The notes: a model not told the origin generated them from the letters alone. Shown: positions 45,640 through 55,296, counted from the stretch's first letter. The stretch: DNA of 64,000 bases from an uncultured Methanosarcinales archaeon (GCA_964362365.1 CAYIEF010000001.1:4207-68206), one strand, 5' to 3'. Program-made: numbers and translations.

Positions 45640-46026
45640 ATGGTGGCGTTAGAAGGAATTGTTCTGCATTCGTTAGATATAGATATAACCAGTCGCTTCT
45701 ATGAAACTTTGCTCCGAATACAGTTTAAGGAAGAAAAACACGACGAAGGACCAAGGCATTATGCTAGTCATCTTGAAAATGGCTTACTTTTAGAAATATA
45801 TCCCCCGCCCAAGGCAAAGAATCCTCCAGTAACTCCTGCTCCTTCCGATGCAAGCAGGGTAAGGGTGCCAAATCATTCAGACCCTAGCCTCATCTTCAGA
45901 GTAAAAGACCTTGAAGTTACTTTAGAGCAAATGAGAGAATATACGAAAGGAGGAGTAAAAATGCTTCCTTACGGAGCAAAAATTTATGACCCCGATGGAC
46001 GAGCAATTTATCTTCATAAAGTTTAA
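45640..46026 (+). CDS. VOC (glyoxalase/bleomycin-resistance) family protein
   Basis: 128 aa, beta-alpha-beta-beta-beta module pattern (GIVLHSLDIDITSRFYETLL). Confidence 0.55.
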   Translation: MVALEGIVLHSLDIDITSRFYETLLRIQFKEEKHDEGPRHYASHLENGLLLEIYPPPKAKNPPVTPAPSDASRVRVPNHSDPSLIFRVKDLEVTLEQMREYTKGGVKMLPYGAKIYDPDGRAIYLHKV

Positions 46027-46038
46027 TTATTTCCACTC

Positions 46039-47700
46039 TCAAATCTTCTGAACTGCCTGCTGATGCACTGCAACTGCTCTTCCTGACGGATCAGCCATGC
46101 CTTGGAATGATTTACTCCATCGGTAGGCAGTAGGCGTGGAACAGGCAATAGAGGGACCTACTTCAACCGTAAGAGCAGCATCTTTACTAGGAAAAAATTC
46201 TTCGAAAATACTTCTGTAGAAGTATGCTTCTTTAGTTGCTGGCGGCTGTACCGGGAAACGCTCTGCTGCCTTGGCCATCATTTCATCAGAAATTTTTTCT
46301 TCTGCATGCGTTTTCAAGGAATCAATCCAGCTGTAGCCTACCCCGTCAGAAAATTGTTCTTTCTGGCGCCAGAGCACCGATTCAGGTAAAAAGCCTTCAA
46401 ATGCTTTCCGTAAAACATATTTTTCCATTTTTCCTGGTCCGCACATTTTATCTTTCGGATCAAAGCTCATGGCGTATTCTAAAAAATCTTTATCCAAAAA
46501 AGGCACGCGAGCTTCTACGCCCCAGGCGGCCATAGATTTGTTGGCGCGCAAACAGTCGTACTTGCTTAATTTTTGTAATTTTCGGACGGTTTCTTCATGA
46601 AACTCCGTGGCATCCGGCGCCATGTGGAAGTATAAGTAGCCGCCAAAAACTTCATCAGCCCCTTCGCCGGAAAGAACCATCTTGATGCCCAAACTTTTAA
46701 TTTTCCTGGCCATCAAATACATAGGGGTGGAAGCACGGATGCTGGTCACATCGTAGGTTTCGATATGATAAATAACATCACGCAAAGCATCAATCCCTTC
46801 TTGAACGGTAAATTTTAATTCGTGATGGACACTTCCAATATATTCCGCTACCTGGCGAGCGAATTTAAGATCTGGCGAGCCTTCTAAGCCTATGGAAAAG
46901 GAATGTAACCGCGGCCACCAGGCCTCTTCCTGGTCTCCTGATTCAACACGCCTGCAGCTGAATTTAGCCGCGATAGCAGCAATCAAAGATGAGTCTAACC
47001 CTCCAGAGATTAAAACTCCGTAAGGAACATCGCACATCAATTGTTTTTTTACTGCAGTTTCTAACTCTTGGCGTAATTTTGGCAATGAAACAGGTGTGGT
47101 TGGAATTGTGGTTGCCCATGCTGGCTTGTACCATTTCACAAATTCTTTTTTGCTGCCCAGATAATAATGTCCGGGAGGAAATTCCTGCAGTTTTTCACAA
47201 TATGGTTCAAGCGCTTTCATTTCGCTGGCAACGTAGAGTGCTCCTTCACCATCCCATCCAATATACAAAGGCACAATACCGATATGGTCTCGAGCAATAA
47301 AATATTCTTTGGTATTTTGGTCATAGATGCAGAAGGCAAAGATGCCATCTATCTTCGATAAAAAATCTGGTCCCATTTCATCGTAAAGGTATAATAATAC
47401 TTCGCAATCCGATTTGGTCTGCCATTGATGATCTTTCTTTAAGGTAGTTCGAAGTTGTTGATGATCATAAATCTCTCCGTTGGCAATAAGCACTCTTCCT
47501 TTGGCAGTATCATGTAACGGCTGCGCTCCATGTTCTACGTCAACAATTGACAATCGTTCATGCGCCAGAAGGCAAAATTCGTCATTATAAATACCGCTCC
47601 AGTCCGGCCCGCGGTGGCGTATGCTAGAAGCCATCTTCAGGGCTTGAGAGCGTCTTGCTTCCTGGTCCTTTTTCCCAAATATCCCGATTATTCCGCACAT
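46039..47700 (-). CDS. asnB: asparagine synthetase (glutamine-hydrolysing)
   Basis: N-terminal MCGIIGIFG (Ntn-Cys). SGGLDSS PP-loop. 553 aa. Confidence 0.95.
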   Translation of the reverse strand: MCGIIGIFGKKDQEARRSQALKMASSIRHRGPDWSGIYNDEFCLLAHERLSIVDVEHGAQPLHDTAKGRVLIANGEIYDHQQLRTTLKKDHQWQTKSDCEVLLYLYDEMGPDFLSKIDGIFAFCIYDQNTKEYFIARDHIGIVPLYIGWDGEGALYVASEMKALEPYCEKLQEFPPGHYYLGSKKEFVKWYKPAWATTIPTTPVSLPKLRQELETAVKKQLMCDVPYGVLISGGLDSSLIAAIAAKFSCRRVESGDQEEAWWPRLHSFSIGLEGSPDLKFARQVAEYIGSVHHELKFTVQEGIDALRDVIYHIETYDVTSIRASTPMYLMARKIKSLGIKMVLSGEGADEVFGGYLYFHMAPDATEFHEETVRKLQKLSKYDCLRANKSMAAWGVEARVPFLDKDFLEYAMSFDPKDKMCGPGKMEKYVLRKAFEGFLPESVLWRQKEQFSDGVGYSWIDSLKTHAEEKISDEMMAKAAERFPVQPPATKEAYFYRSIFEEFFPSKDAALTVEVGPSIACSTPTAYRWSKSFQGMADPSGRAVAVHQQAVQKI

Positions 47701-47805
47701 GGGCTTTTTCAGAGAGGGATTTGTTTTTATATTTATTCCAAAAATAATGAAAAATAATCCTAAAAATACGAAATATTTATATAAAAATGGAACATTTGTT
47801 CTATT

Positions 47806-48258
47806 ATGGAAGCAAAAATAGACGAGAAGGATAAAATGATTTTAGAAGTTTTGAAAGAGCATGCAGACTATGCCACCCGACAGATTGCTAAAAAAACCAG
47901 ATTGCCCATAACCACAGTACACAACCGAATCCAAAAATTAAAGAAAGAGAAAATTATTAAGAAATTTACGGTAGATTTAGATTATCATAGGCTGCGGGAG
48001 GGATTTAGGGCGTATGTGTTAGTCTCGGTCGATCTTTCATTATTGAAACAGAAAAATAAATCGCAATATAATGTAGCGAAAGAGATACGAAATTTTCCTT
48101 TTGTAGAACGCGTTGATATTGTTTCAGGAGGAACGGATTTAGTGGCTATGATACGAGTGAAGGATGTGGCGGAATTCGATCAAGTGTTGCTGACGAAATT
48201 GCAGAGAATAGAAGGAATTGATAAGACCCAGTCGTTGATTGTGATACATGAGGAGTGA
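47806..48258 (+). CDS. Lrp/AsnC family transcriptional regulator
   Basis: HTH (DKMILEVLKEHADYATRQIAKKTRLPITTVHNRIQKL) plus RAM domain. Divergent from asnB. Confidence 0.85.
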   Translation: MEAKIDEKDKMILEVLKEHADYATRQIAKKTRLPITTVHNRIQKLKKEKIIKKFTVDLDYHRLREGFRAYVLVSVDLSLLKQKNKSQYNVAKEIRNFPFVERVDIVSGGTDLVAMIRVKDVAEFDQVLLTKLQRIEGIDKTQSLIVIHEE

Positions 48259-48283
48259 TATTATCTAAAAAAGTACAAAAAAA

Positions 48284-48856
48284 TTAAAAACGTGCCAGAA
48301 TGACATAAGGTAATTCCTGTTCCTTTTGTGCCTTTAACCAATCATCTACTGAACCACCATATTCCTTCTCACCAAATTTACTGCCAGAAACTAACATTAA
48401 ATCTATCAAAGAAGGCGACTTTCTTAAAGAGTAATCTCTTTTCGGACAAAGATAAATTCTATTACCCGTAAAATTACCTTCTGTGTGATCGATACTATCA
48501 TTAAGAGCATATTTAGCTAATCCATAGTTTGATCTAAAAACACGGCTCTCGCCTCTGCTGTCCAAAAAACTCCATCCTAGTTTATCCCCAATATCTCTAG
48601 TTAATATTTTAAACCAATCTCTAAACCAATAATCATCTTGTGGGAGGTTTTCTGAAACTATTGCAAAATCAATATCGCGATACTTTTTTTTGTCTCCTTG
48701 TGTTTTTCTAACCGAACTACCCACTGCTGCAAAAATCGCCTTATGCCCTTTAATATGCGACTTTACAACTGGAATTAATTGCTGTACATTTTTTGTATCC
48801 TCTGGTTTTAATGCAGCAGACCATAATTCTACATTTACTTCCAAACTTTTATCCAT
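48284..48856 (-). CDS. nucleotidyltransferase-fold (Pol-beta superfamily) protein
   Basis: GSSVRKTQGDKKKYRDIDFAIV matches hG[GS]x9-13DhDh. 190 aa. No partner recognised. Confidence 0.45.
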   Translation of the reverse strand: MDKSLEVNVELWSAALKPEDTKNVQQLIPVVKSHIKGHKAIFAAVGSSVRKTQGDKKKYRDIDFAIVSENLPQDDYWFRDWFKILTRDIGDKLGWSFLDSRGESRVFRSNYGLAKYALNDSIDHTEGNFTGNRIYLCPKRDYSLRKSPSLIDLMLVSGSKFGEKEYGGSVDDWLKAQKEQELPYVILARF

Positions 48857-48919
48857 AACGATCCCCCCAAAGACTTAATGAATAATTAAAAATGTTATGA
48901 ACTATTTTTAAAATTTTCT

Positions 48920-49873
48920 CTACTGCATCGTATACAAAACTCTTCCTAAATTGTGGATCAAACTGGTCATCCTTTGCAAGCGTGTCAGAACTCGATTAAA
49001 TCCTGGCAATTTCTGGACCTGCTCTTCCAATACGTCCAATTCTTTATCAAAGCCTCGTTTAAATTCGGCCTGCTTGAATGCTAACTCAGAATCTTTGTTG
49101 TACGCTGCTTTCATGGTTGTAGTATAATAGTCATGCATCTTCACTAAGTATTGCTGGACTTGTTCCTGGGTCGCGGCAGGCATTTTTAGTTTATGACTAT
49201 GGCGTACGGTCCGGCGCACTTCGTCAGCGATCGCTTCTATATAAAATCCTATGAAATGAGCCCGTAACAGATCTAAACCAGATAACTTAAAATTCTTGAG
49301 CGCCTTCATAGGATTGCGTAAGTTGTATAAGATGCTCCTATACAGAAGGAAGTAAAGCCGGTTCACATCCTGATCACGCTCATTAAGGCTTTCATAATTA
49401 TCTTCATCAAAGATCTGCTGAGCTTCTTTCATCATGGTTCTGGTTACTAAGTCCATCTTACGGATAAGTTCTTCCGCCGAAACTGAGTCCATGCTCAGGA
49501 AATCCTTAGCGATGATAGTGTCGGAAGTCTGCTCCATGATTTCCAGAGCGATCATGGATTGGACAATGCCTTGTAATTCCTTCACTTTGTTTTTGATCTC
49601 TTTACCCCGCAAGATGATTCTCGGATAGTTTTGAATATAGGTAGAACACACTTCTCGGCCGACGGTATAGGCCGATTTGCCATCTACGTAAATTATTTTT
49701 TCGCGTTCCTCGGCTTTTTCATCACTATCTTTTTTACTGAGAAGAAGGTTCGGCCCAGACTCTTGAAGATATACCAGATCCCCTTTTTTCAGGCTATTCT
49801 GTCCGATCCATTCCTTGGGTAAGGAAACAACGAAGCTGCTTTTCCCGAACGAGATCAATCTGCGGTATTCCAT
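48920..49873 (-). CDS. AbrB/SpoVT-type DNA-binding domain fused to PhoU-like phosphate-regulator domain
   Basis: N-terminal swapped-hairpin motif (MEYRRLISFGKSSFVVSLPKEWIGQNSLKKGDLVYL). Long helical PhoU-like C-terminus. Confidence 0.65.
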   Translation of the reverse strand: MEYRRLISFGKSSFVVSLPKEWIGQNSLKKGDLVYLQESGPNLLLSKKDSDEKAEEREKIIYVDGKSAYTVGREVCSTYIQNYPRIILRGKEIKNKVKELQGIVQSMIALEIMEQTSDTIIAKDFLSMDSVSAEELIRKMDLVTRTMMKEAQQIFDEDNYESLNERDQDVNRLYFLLYRSILYNLRNPMKALKNFKLSGLDLLRAHFIGFYIEAIADEVRRTVRHSHKLKMPAATQEQVQQYLVKMHDYYTTTMKAAYNKDSELAFKQAEFKRGFDKELDVLEEQVQKLPGFNRVLTRLQRMTSLIHNLGRVLYTMQ

Positions 49874-49979
49874 ATTGTATGCCCCTATCTTGCCCTAAAT
49901 ATATGTTTATAACTTATTATGTTTATAACTTATGGGTATGTCCCACTATATAGCATTATAGAAATGTATTTATATTTAA

Positions 49980-50816
49980 ATGTTGTGCGAAGAAGTTGTA
50001 ATGGCGGACAGATTTAGTTTTTATTCTTTGATACTTTCGATGACAGCTCTCTCTGGTTGCGCTCGTTCAGCACCACAATATCCCAATAACCAAAAGAAAG
50101 ATAATATTGGCCAGCAGGCACTGGAGGAGATATTGTGCCCGGCAGTGAAAGTAGATGTGGAGGGAACTTTCGAGATAAAATTTGGAAATACAGCTCTTTC
50201 TGGAACGTTTTCCGGTCCTCGCGGTTCTGGGGTTGCGGTGTATGATGACGAAAGTAAGAAATCCTATGTATTTACGGCTCGGCATGTTATTAATGATAAT
50301 GTTATTAACGAGGAAGTGCTTCCGGGATTAGTATTACGGTATACCTCTACGGTAAAAGAAATAAAAGTAAATGGATATACTGCTGTGCCTGTTCGTAAAA
50401 ATAAATTATACGATATAGGAATGTTAGAAATACAGGGGGGCACTTTGCCATGTCATTTTAAAGGGAAGTTAGCGCAAAAGGTAGAAGTAGGTGATTTAGT
50501 TGCTGTCGTTGGCTATCCCGCAATGGAAGAGAAGACCCTCGCTCTCGGATATGTTGCCTCAGAAAAGCTTGGAACCGAAGTTTATTTGGATGTATACGAA
50601 ATCTTCGGTGTGCCTCAGCGCATAGTTGCAGATGTTTCGCTCGCGCCCGGAAGTTCTGGCAGTCCTGTGTATGTGTTTAAAGGCGGAAAACCATATTTGG
50701 GGGGCATGATTCAGGTTTTGTATCACAGTAAGCCGGGGTTTGGTTTTGTTCCCGTAGAAGTATTACGGGGATTGGTAAAAGGAACACCATTGAGTGATGA
50801 GCTGCTTGAGGAATAA
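49980..50816 (+). CDS. secreted trypsin-like (S1) serine protease
   Basis: Lipobox LSGCARS. His block (VFTARHV). Catalytic Ser block GSSGSPVY. Confidence 0.75.
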   Translation: MLCEEVVMADRFSFYSLILSMTALSGCARSAPQYPNNQKKDNIGQQALEEILCPAVKVDVEGTFEIKFGNTALSGTFSGPRGSGVAVYDDESKKSYVFTARHVINDNVINEEVLPGLVLRYTSTVKEIKVNGYTAVPVRKNKLYDIGMLEIQGGTLPCHFKGKLAQKVEVGDLVAVVGYPAMEEKTLALGYVASEKLGTEVYLDVYEIFGVPQRIVADVSLAPGSSGSPVYVFKGGKPYLGGMIQVLYHSKPGFGFVPVEVLRGLVKGTPLSDELLEE

Positions 50817-50877
50817 AGATGAAAATTCGCTCTACTATTTCCAGACATTTGAACATGACTATTGCAGGAGAGAAAAG

Positions 50878-51549
50878 ATGAAAAATCTAACCAAAATCGT
50901 TGCCACAATGGGCATGCTTTCAACAGCTGGTTGCGCAAGCAAACCATTCACCCAGGCGCAGGTTGCTTATGCGCGGGAGATTGAACCGCTGGGAACGCCG
51001 CAACTTTGCGGAAGACTGCGCCATGGCGGAAAAACGGCTTGGGATGGCGAATTTCGCTTAGGCGCAGATGTCTGCTATCACAAATTGCCCCCAATAACCA
51101 GCAAGAAAGAATATCTGATTACCCTGCCGTACAATCCTCTGTACGGTTCTCCGTCAAGAACAATAACTGTGCAGGGCACAACCGCTCAGGGAGAACTTAA
51201 AATAAGTCTTCCCATAGATTATAATTTTGGTTCCATCGGCGCGAATCTTCCGCTCGCTCTTCCGAGCTGGCTTCGCCCTTCTGGAGTGCATGACCTGAGC
51301 CTGTCCCTGTTAGGCACGGTAGGATTTAATCTTGACATTATTGCCAAATCAACAGACTACCAAACCATGGGAAGCATGTACGGAACCATAGAGAACATTC
51401 CCAGCCTGAAATTAAGGGGACAGTTTTTTGGAGAAGCAACCAGCGAATTGCTAGTGCTGGGAAGAATTCCGGTAGGAGTAAGTTTTCGCATAGACGATGA
51501 TGGAAGGTATACGCCGTTCTTTTCCGGAGGGTATCGGATCCAGTGGTAA
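50878..51549 (+). CDS. lipoprotein, hypothetical (start at internal Met MKNLTK; track ORF starts 50794)
   Basis: Signal peptide plus STAGCAS lipobox. Confidence 0.5.
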   Translation: MKNLTKIVATMGMLSTAGCASKPFTQAQVAYAREIEPLGTPQLCGRLRHGGKTAWDGEFRLGADVCYHKLPPITSKKEYLITLPYNPLYGSPSRTITVQGTTAQGELKISLPIDYNFGSIGANLPLALPSWLRPSGVHDLSLSLLGTVGFNLDIIAKSTDYQTMGSMYGTIENIPSLKLRGQFFGEATSELLVLGRIPVGVSFRIDDDGRYTPFFSGGYRIQW

Positions 51550-51592
51550 CATAAATTTAAATAAAGTAGAGTATTACTAAGAAAAAACGGGG

Positions 51593-52609
51593 GTGTACAC
51601 GATGGTGAATAGGAAAGGATATCTTACCTATGAAGATCAAGTAAGTTCTGACCAAAGAAAGCTCCAAGAGATTCTCGATGTTTATGACCTCAGCGACAGA
51701 AATTTCAAAGAAGTTCTAAACCGTTTGCTTGGGCCGGAAAACAAAGACCTCTCTGCTCCGGTTATTCATCAAATTCCCACTAAACATACCCGTTTTGTTA
51801 TAATAGGCGACCTGCATCTTAATGCTCGTGCAGAAGACGGCGGCTACGGATGTGATTTTGCCAAATTAGAAAAAGTTCTTCATATTGCTAAGGAAGAAGG
51901 TGCTGAGTTTGTAGTGCAAACTGGCGATGTAACGGATGGAGAAAACATGCGCCATCACCAAAAATATGGCATTGTAGTGCAGGGGTTGGATAATGTAGTT
52001 GAGTTTTCTGTAAATCACTGGCCTGATTGTGGCTTGCCTACCTACTTCATAGGTGGAAATCATGATGAAACATACCTCAACTTCGCCGGAGCTGATATTT
52101 GTAAATATATCGCCGAGAAGAGACCTGATTTACATTATCTTGGCATGAATGAAGGAAATCTTCCTCTCCAGCCAAGGTATCAGAAGATGTTAATGAAAGC
52201 TCAAAATAATCAAGAACGCGCTCAATTAGTCAAGAAATTGATTACAGAGCGGGGCCCTACATGGTTAAGAATACGCCATCCTTCTAAAGGAAGCGCAAAA
52301 GGACGTTCCTATCAGCCCCAGCAGCACGTAGAAGCATTGGAAGGAAGTTTCAAGCCGCATATATTGGTGATAGGGCATTATCATAAAATGGACTACCTGT
52401 TCAAACGCAATGTTCATATCTTCCAAGCAGGCACTCTCGAGAAGCAGAGCGGATGGATGAGAACCAAAGATCTGGCCGCGCATCTGGGAGGACTTTTAGT
52501 CGATGCTTACTATAACGAAAATGGAAGCATCCTTCCTTTATATCACCAACGCTTAGAATACGAAGTGAATGGCCGTGAGGATTTCGGCATCCTTGGTGGC
52601 AAGAAATAA
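51593..52609 (+). CDS. calcineurin-like metallophosphoesterase (intact metal-binding motifs)
   Basis: GDLH, GDVTDGEN and GGNHDE motifs. 338 aa. Confidence 0.75.
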   Translation: MYTMVNRKGYLTYEDQVSSDQRKLQEILDVYDLSDRNFKEVLNRLLGPENKDLSAPVIHQIPTKHTRFVIIGDLHLNARAEDGGYGCDFAKLEKVLHIAKEEGAEFVVQTGDVTDGENMRHHQKYGIVVQGLDNVVEFSVNHWPDCGLPTYFIGGNHDETYLNFAGADICKYIAEKRPDLHYLGMNEGNLPLQPRYQKMLMKAQNNQERAQLVKKLITERGPTWLRIRHPSKGSAKGRSYQPQQHVEALEGSFKPHILVIGHYHKMDYLFKRNVHIFQAGTLEKQSGWMRTKDLAAHLGGLLVDAYYNENGSILPLYHQRLEYEVNGREDFGILGGKK

Positions 52610-53514
52610 TGACTGATTCAAAAAAGAAAAGGCTTGAACAAAAAATTCTGGAGCTTGCATTAGAGAAAGGTATAACGCCAGAGGTATTACGCGCTAATAT
52701 TGATGCAGTAAAACATCCAACTGTCCACCCGGTGCGTGACTTATCAGATCATGTCAAAGACAATAAGCTAAACATCGGCGTAATTTCAGATACTTGTTTG
52801 AACAGCAAACATACCCGGCCGGATATACTGCATACTGCCTATGCCTTTTTTAAACAGCTGGATGTACCTTACGTCTTGCATTGCGGAAATATCACTGATG
52901 GCTACTTAAAGAGCCGCACTCATGCTGAGCATATTCTCTTTCAGGATTATCTTGGCATGTTGGAATATATCAAAGAAGTTTATCCTAATATCGGTGTTCC
53001 AACTTATTTTATTGGCGGAAGAAATGAACTTACTTTCTTTAAGAGAGTGGTTGCTAAAGAAAAAATGGTTCGCGGCAAAAAAGTTCGTTATAAAGAAAAA
53101 ACGAACGTATGCCATGATCTTGAAAAGCAACGGGAAGATTTAGTGTTTCTTGGTTGGAACGATGCAAGAGTGCGTGTTGCTCCAAAAGTTACCATAGCTC
53201 TAGCCAGCCCTGAATCCGGCAGTAGAAAACCATACACTGTTTCGCATCCAATGCAAAAGGTACTTGAAAGTTACGGCGGCGGTGAAAAACCGCGAATACA
53301 ATTGTTGGGGTACTATAATCAACGTTGGAGCGGGGAACATTTAGGAGTAGATGCCCATATGGTCGGTACTACCCAAAATCAGCCTCCTGGCGGGTATTCT
53401 CGAGGAGAGCCGTCTCACAATCTTGTCGTAACTGTGCTCCAGCTTAGATTTCGCAAGGATGGTTCTTTGGCAGAAAATGGAAGTACCGCTATTGAGCTGC
53501 CATTCTACGAATAG
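52609..53514 (+). CDS. metallophosphoesterase paralog with degenerate metal-binding motifs (predicted catalytically inactive)
   Basis: Same architecture as the upstream gene, but the motifs read ISDTCLN, GNITDG and GGRNE instead of GDxH, GDxxD and GNHD. Start overlaps the upstream stop. Confidence 0.6.
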   Translation: MTDSKKKRLEQKILELALEKGITPEVLRANIDAVKHPTVHPVRDLSDHVKDNKLNIGVISDTCLNSKHTRPDILHTAYAFFKQLDVPYVLHCGNITDGYLKSRTHAEHILFQDYLGMLEYIKEVYPNIGVPTYFIGGRNELTFFKRVVAKEKMVRGKKVRYKEKTNVCHDLEKQREDLVFLGWNDARVRVAPKVTIALASPESGSRKPYTVSHPMQKVLESYGGGEKPRIQLLGYYNQRWSGEHLGVDAHMVGTTQNQPPGGYSRGEPSHNLVVTVLQLRFRKDGSLAENGSTAIELPFYE

Positions 53515-53639
53515 AACTAGTTGCTGGTAGAAGCTTTCAGTCTGGATATCCAGGTCAGAATATAAAACATTAGGATAGGTTTTATATTTACTTCTTTTTT
53601 AATTTTGGAGGATTACAAAATAATTTAGATACTACATGT

Positions 53640-53830
53640 AATAAAATTAAAATCCTAAAATCGCCTACCCGCCGTTCGCTTCGCTCCCTCCGCAGCATCC
53701 AATCACTGCGTTCGGGACTTGCTTATGATCAAGAGCTGCAGGGTATCCGGCGATGTTCTAGACGGATTTTCAATCATTCCTCGCTGATCGCTGCTGAGCA
53801 GCGCGGTATTAGACCCAGCGAGGAATAAAC
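53640..53830 (-). repeat. copy E of dispersed repeat family (inverted orientation) with nested palindromes
   Basis: Minus strand contains AGCGAAGCGAACG (53673-85 on plus). Minus strand aligns about 80% over 45 nt with 36046-36090. 11-bp inverted repeat ATTCCTCGCTG/CAGCGAGGAAT (53776-86 / 53815-25) enclosing the CGCTGC-TGA-GCAGCG hairpin. Confidence 0.5.
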
Positions 53831-53872
53831 CGTATAGAAAAGTCTTTAAACTTCTTTTTTCTTTCTTAATAG

Positions 53873-54718
53873 ATGAATTATCTAAGAAGAGGATTAAACG
53901 CTACCTTTAACTCTATAAAAAAACATAAACTACTTTTTCTGGTAATCCTTCTTTTACAAATCATTTTTGTAGTTTCTTCTTTATGGTTAGGCAGTTTGTA
54001 CTTGCTTAAAATCTTAGAAAACACGCAAGGGATCATCGGGCCATTAGAAAATGCTAATTATGATTCACAGAAGATTGAACAAGGCGAACCATTCACTCCG
54101 GATTACGCTGCTATCTACAACAGTTACCAATCCATGCTCAAGAATGTTATAATCTTTGCAGCCAGGATGGCTATGCTTTTTCTATTATTGAACGGAAGCA
54201 TCTGGCTGCTCAGCCACTGGGTGCTACAAGAGAAAAGATCTTGGAAATTGAGGTTCAAAGAAAGCTTACAGTTTCTTCTGAAAACCTGGGCTTCTATCTT
54301 TATATTATTTGGACCGTTTAAGGTTATTTCATATTATGTGTTACTCCATTTTATCCGGGTAAGCCAATCCTTCAGCAACATAGCATTGGTGCTTAAGATA
54401 TTGCTCATCGCTTCATTAGTGATATATTATTTCTTTCTGGTCGCTCTGGCCGTCGCTCCCGTCCTGTCCTGGAAACAATTTGCTAAAATGTGGATACATG
54501 CATCTGTTACCCAGTTCAGAAAGACCGTGGTTCTTTTCTTTAGTATTATGGCTGCACTGTTTGTTAGTTTTGCCGCATTGTACTGGGCTATTGAATATGA
54601 AAAATCAGCAGCATCGTTGTTATTGTTAGGAATGGCCTGCATAGTTATGATTGGTGTAATCAGGATTTTCTGGATCGCGACCATTCAAGAGATAGAACAT
54701 GAAACAAGTCATCATTGA
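53873..54718 (+). CDS. polytopic membrane protein, hypothetical
   Basis: 281 aa with about six hydrophobic helices. Confidence 0.55.
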   Translation: MNYLRRGLNATFNSIKKHKLLFLVILLLQIIFVVSSLWLGSLYLLKILENTQGIIGPLENANYDSQKIEQGEPFTPDYAAIYNSYQSMLKNVIIFAARMAMLFLLLNGSIWLLSHWVLQEKRSWKLRFKESLQFLLKTWASIFILFGPFKVISYYVLLHFIRVSQSFSNIALVLKILLIASLVIYYFFLVALAVAPVLSWKQFAKMWIHASVTQFRKTVVLFFSIMAALFVSFAALYWAIEYEKSAASLLLLGMACIVMIGVIRIFWIATIQEIEHETSHH

Positions 54719-55070
54719 TACCAATGCCTGGATGGCTATTACTGAGTTTAAGCTAGATATATTTGCAGCGCTAGAGAGAGATTGTGATTTTTCTTTCAAA
54801 GCAGTAGTCCTACAGGGAATGATTGATGAGCTGGAGAAGATCGTTTCAGAACAACGGAGTAAATTCAGGCAGGCAGCCTTGTTAGCCTTAGGAATCATCA
54901 AGGTAAAAAAAATAAAAATTCTTCCGGAGATTGGAAATGTAGATGACTTGTTAGTTAAACATTCCAAGGAAGGAGATCTGGTCCTGACCCAAGATGCTGC
55001 TTTAAAGAAACGGCTGAAGAAACCGTATTTGACCATCAGGCAGAAGAAAAGGATAATTTTGGTTGAATAG
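54699..55070 (+). CDS. PIN-domain nuclease, Fcf1/Utp24-like
   Basis: N-terminal VIIDTNAWMA. C-terminal LVLTQDAALKKRLKK resembles the Fcf1 VATQD..LRRR motif. 20-nt overlap with the upstream gene. Confidence 0.6.
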   Translation: MKQVIIDTNAWMAITEFKLDIFAALERDCDFSFKAVVLQGMIDELEKIVSEQRSKFRQAALLALGIIKVKKIKILPEIGNVDDLLVKHSKEGDLVLTQDAALKKRLKKPYLTIRQKKRIILVE

Positions 55071-55071
55071 A

Positions 55072-55296
55072 TTAAGGATTATATTTACAGCCGGAGTACG
55101 TCGCAACTTGTTCTAAGGAGAGAACATCGTCTACTCTTGCTCCATGAAAATTCCAAGAAGGAAAGAACAGTAAGTCATCTTTCATATTATTTCCGCATTT
55201 TTTTACAAAAGAATATTCCGGTGATGGGCTGTAGCATTCAACTTTGATCTCCTTAATATCAATGCCTTGATCTGCGAAGATTTGTTCTTTGGACAC
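55072..55296 (-). CDS. hypothetical small protein (GTG start), possibly the tail of a decayed gene
   Basis: 74-aa ORF. An adjacent out-of-frame segment (55297-55430, minus strand) encodes YLGAGTYGAVKYLASEEKK (GxGxxG) without a start codon. Confidence 0.3.
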   Translation of the reverse strand: MSKEQIFADQGIDIKEIKVECYSPSPEYSFVKKCGNNMKDDLLFFPSWNFHGARVDDVLSLEQVATYSGCKYNP

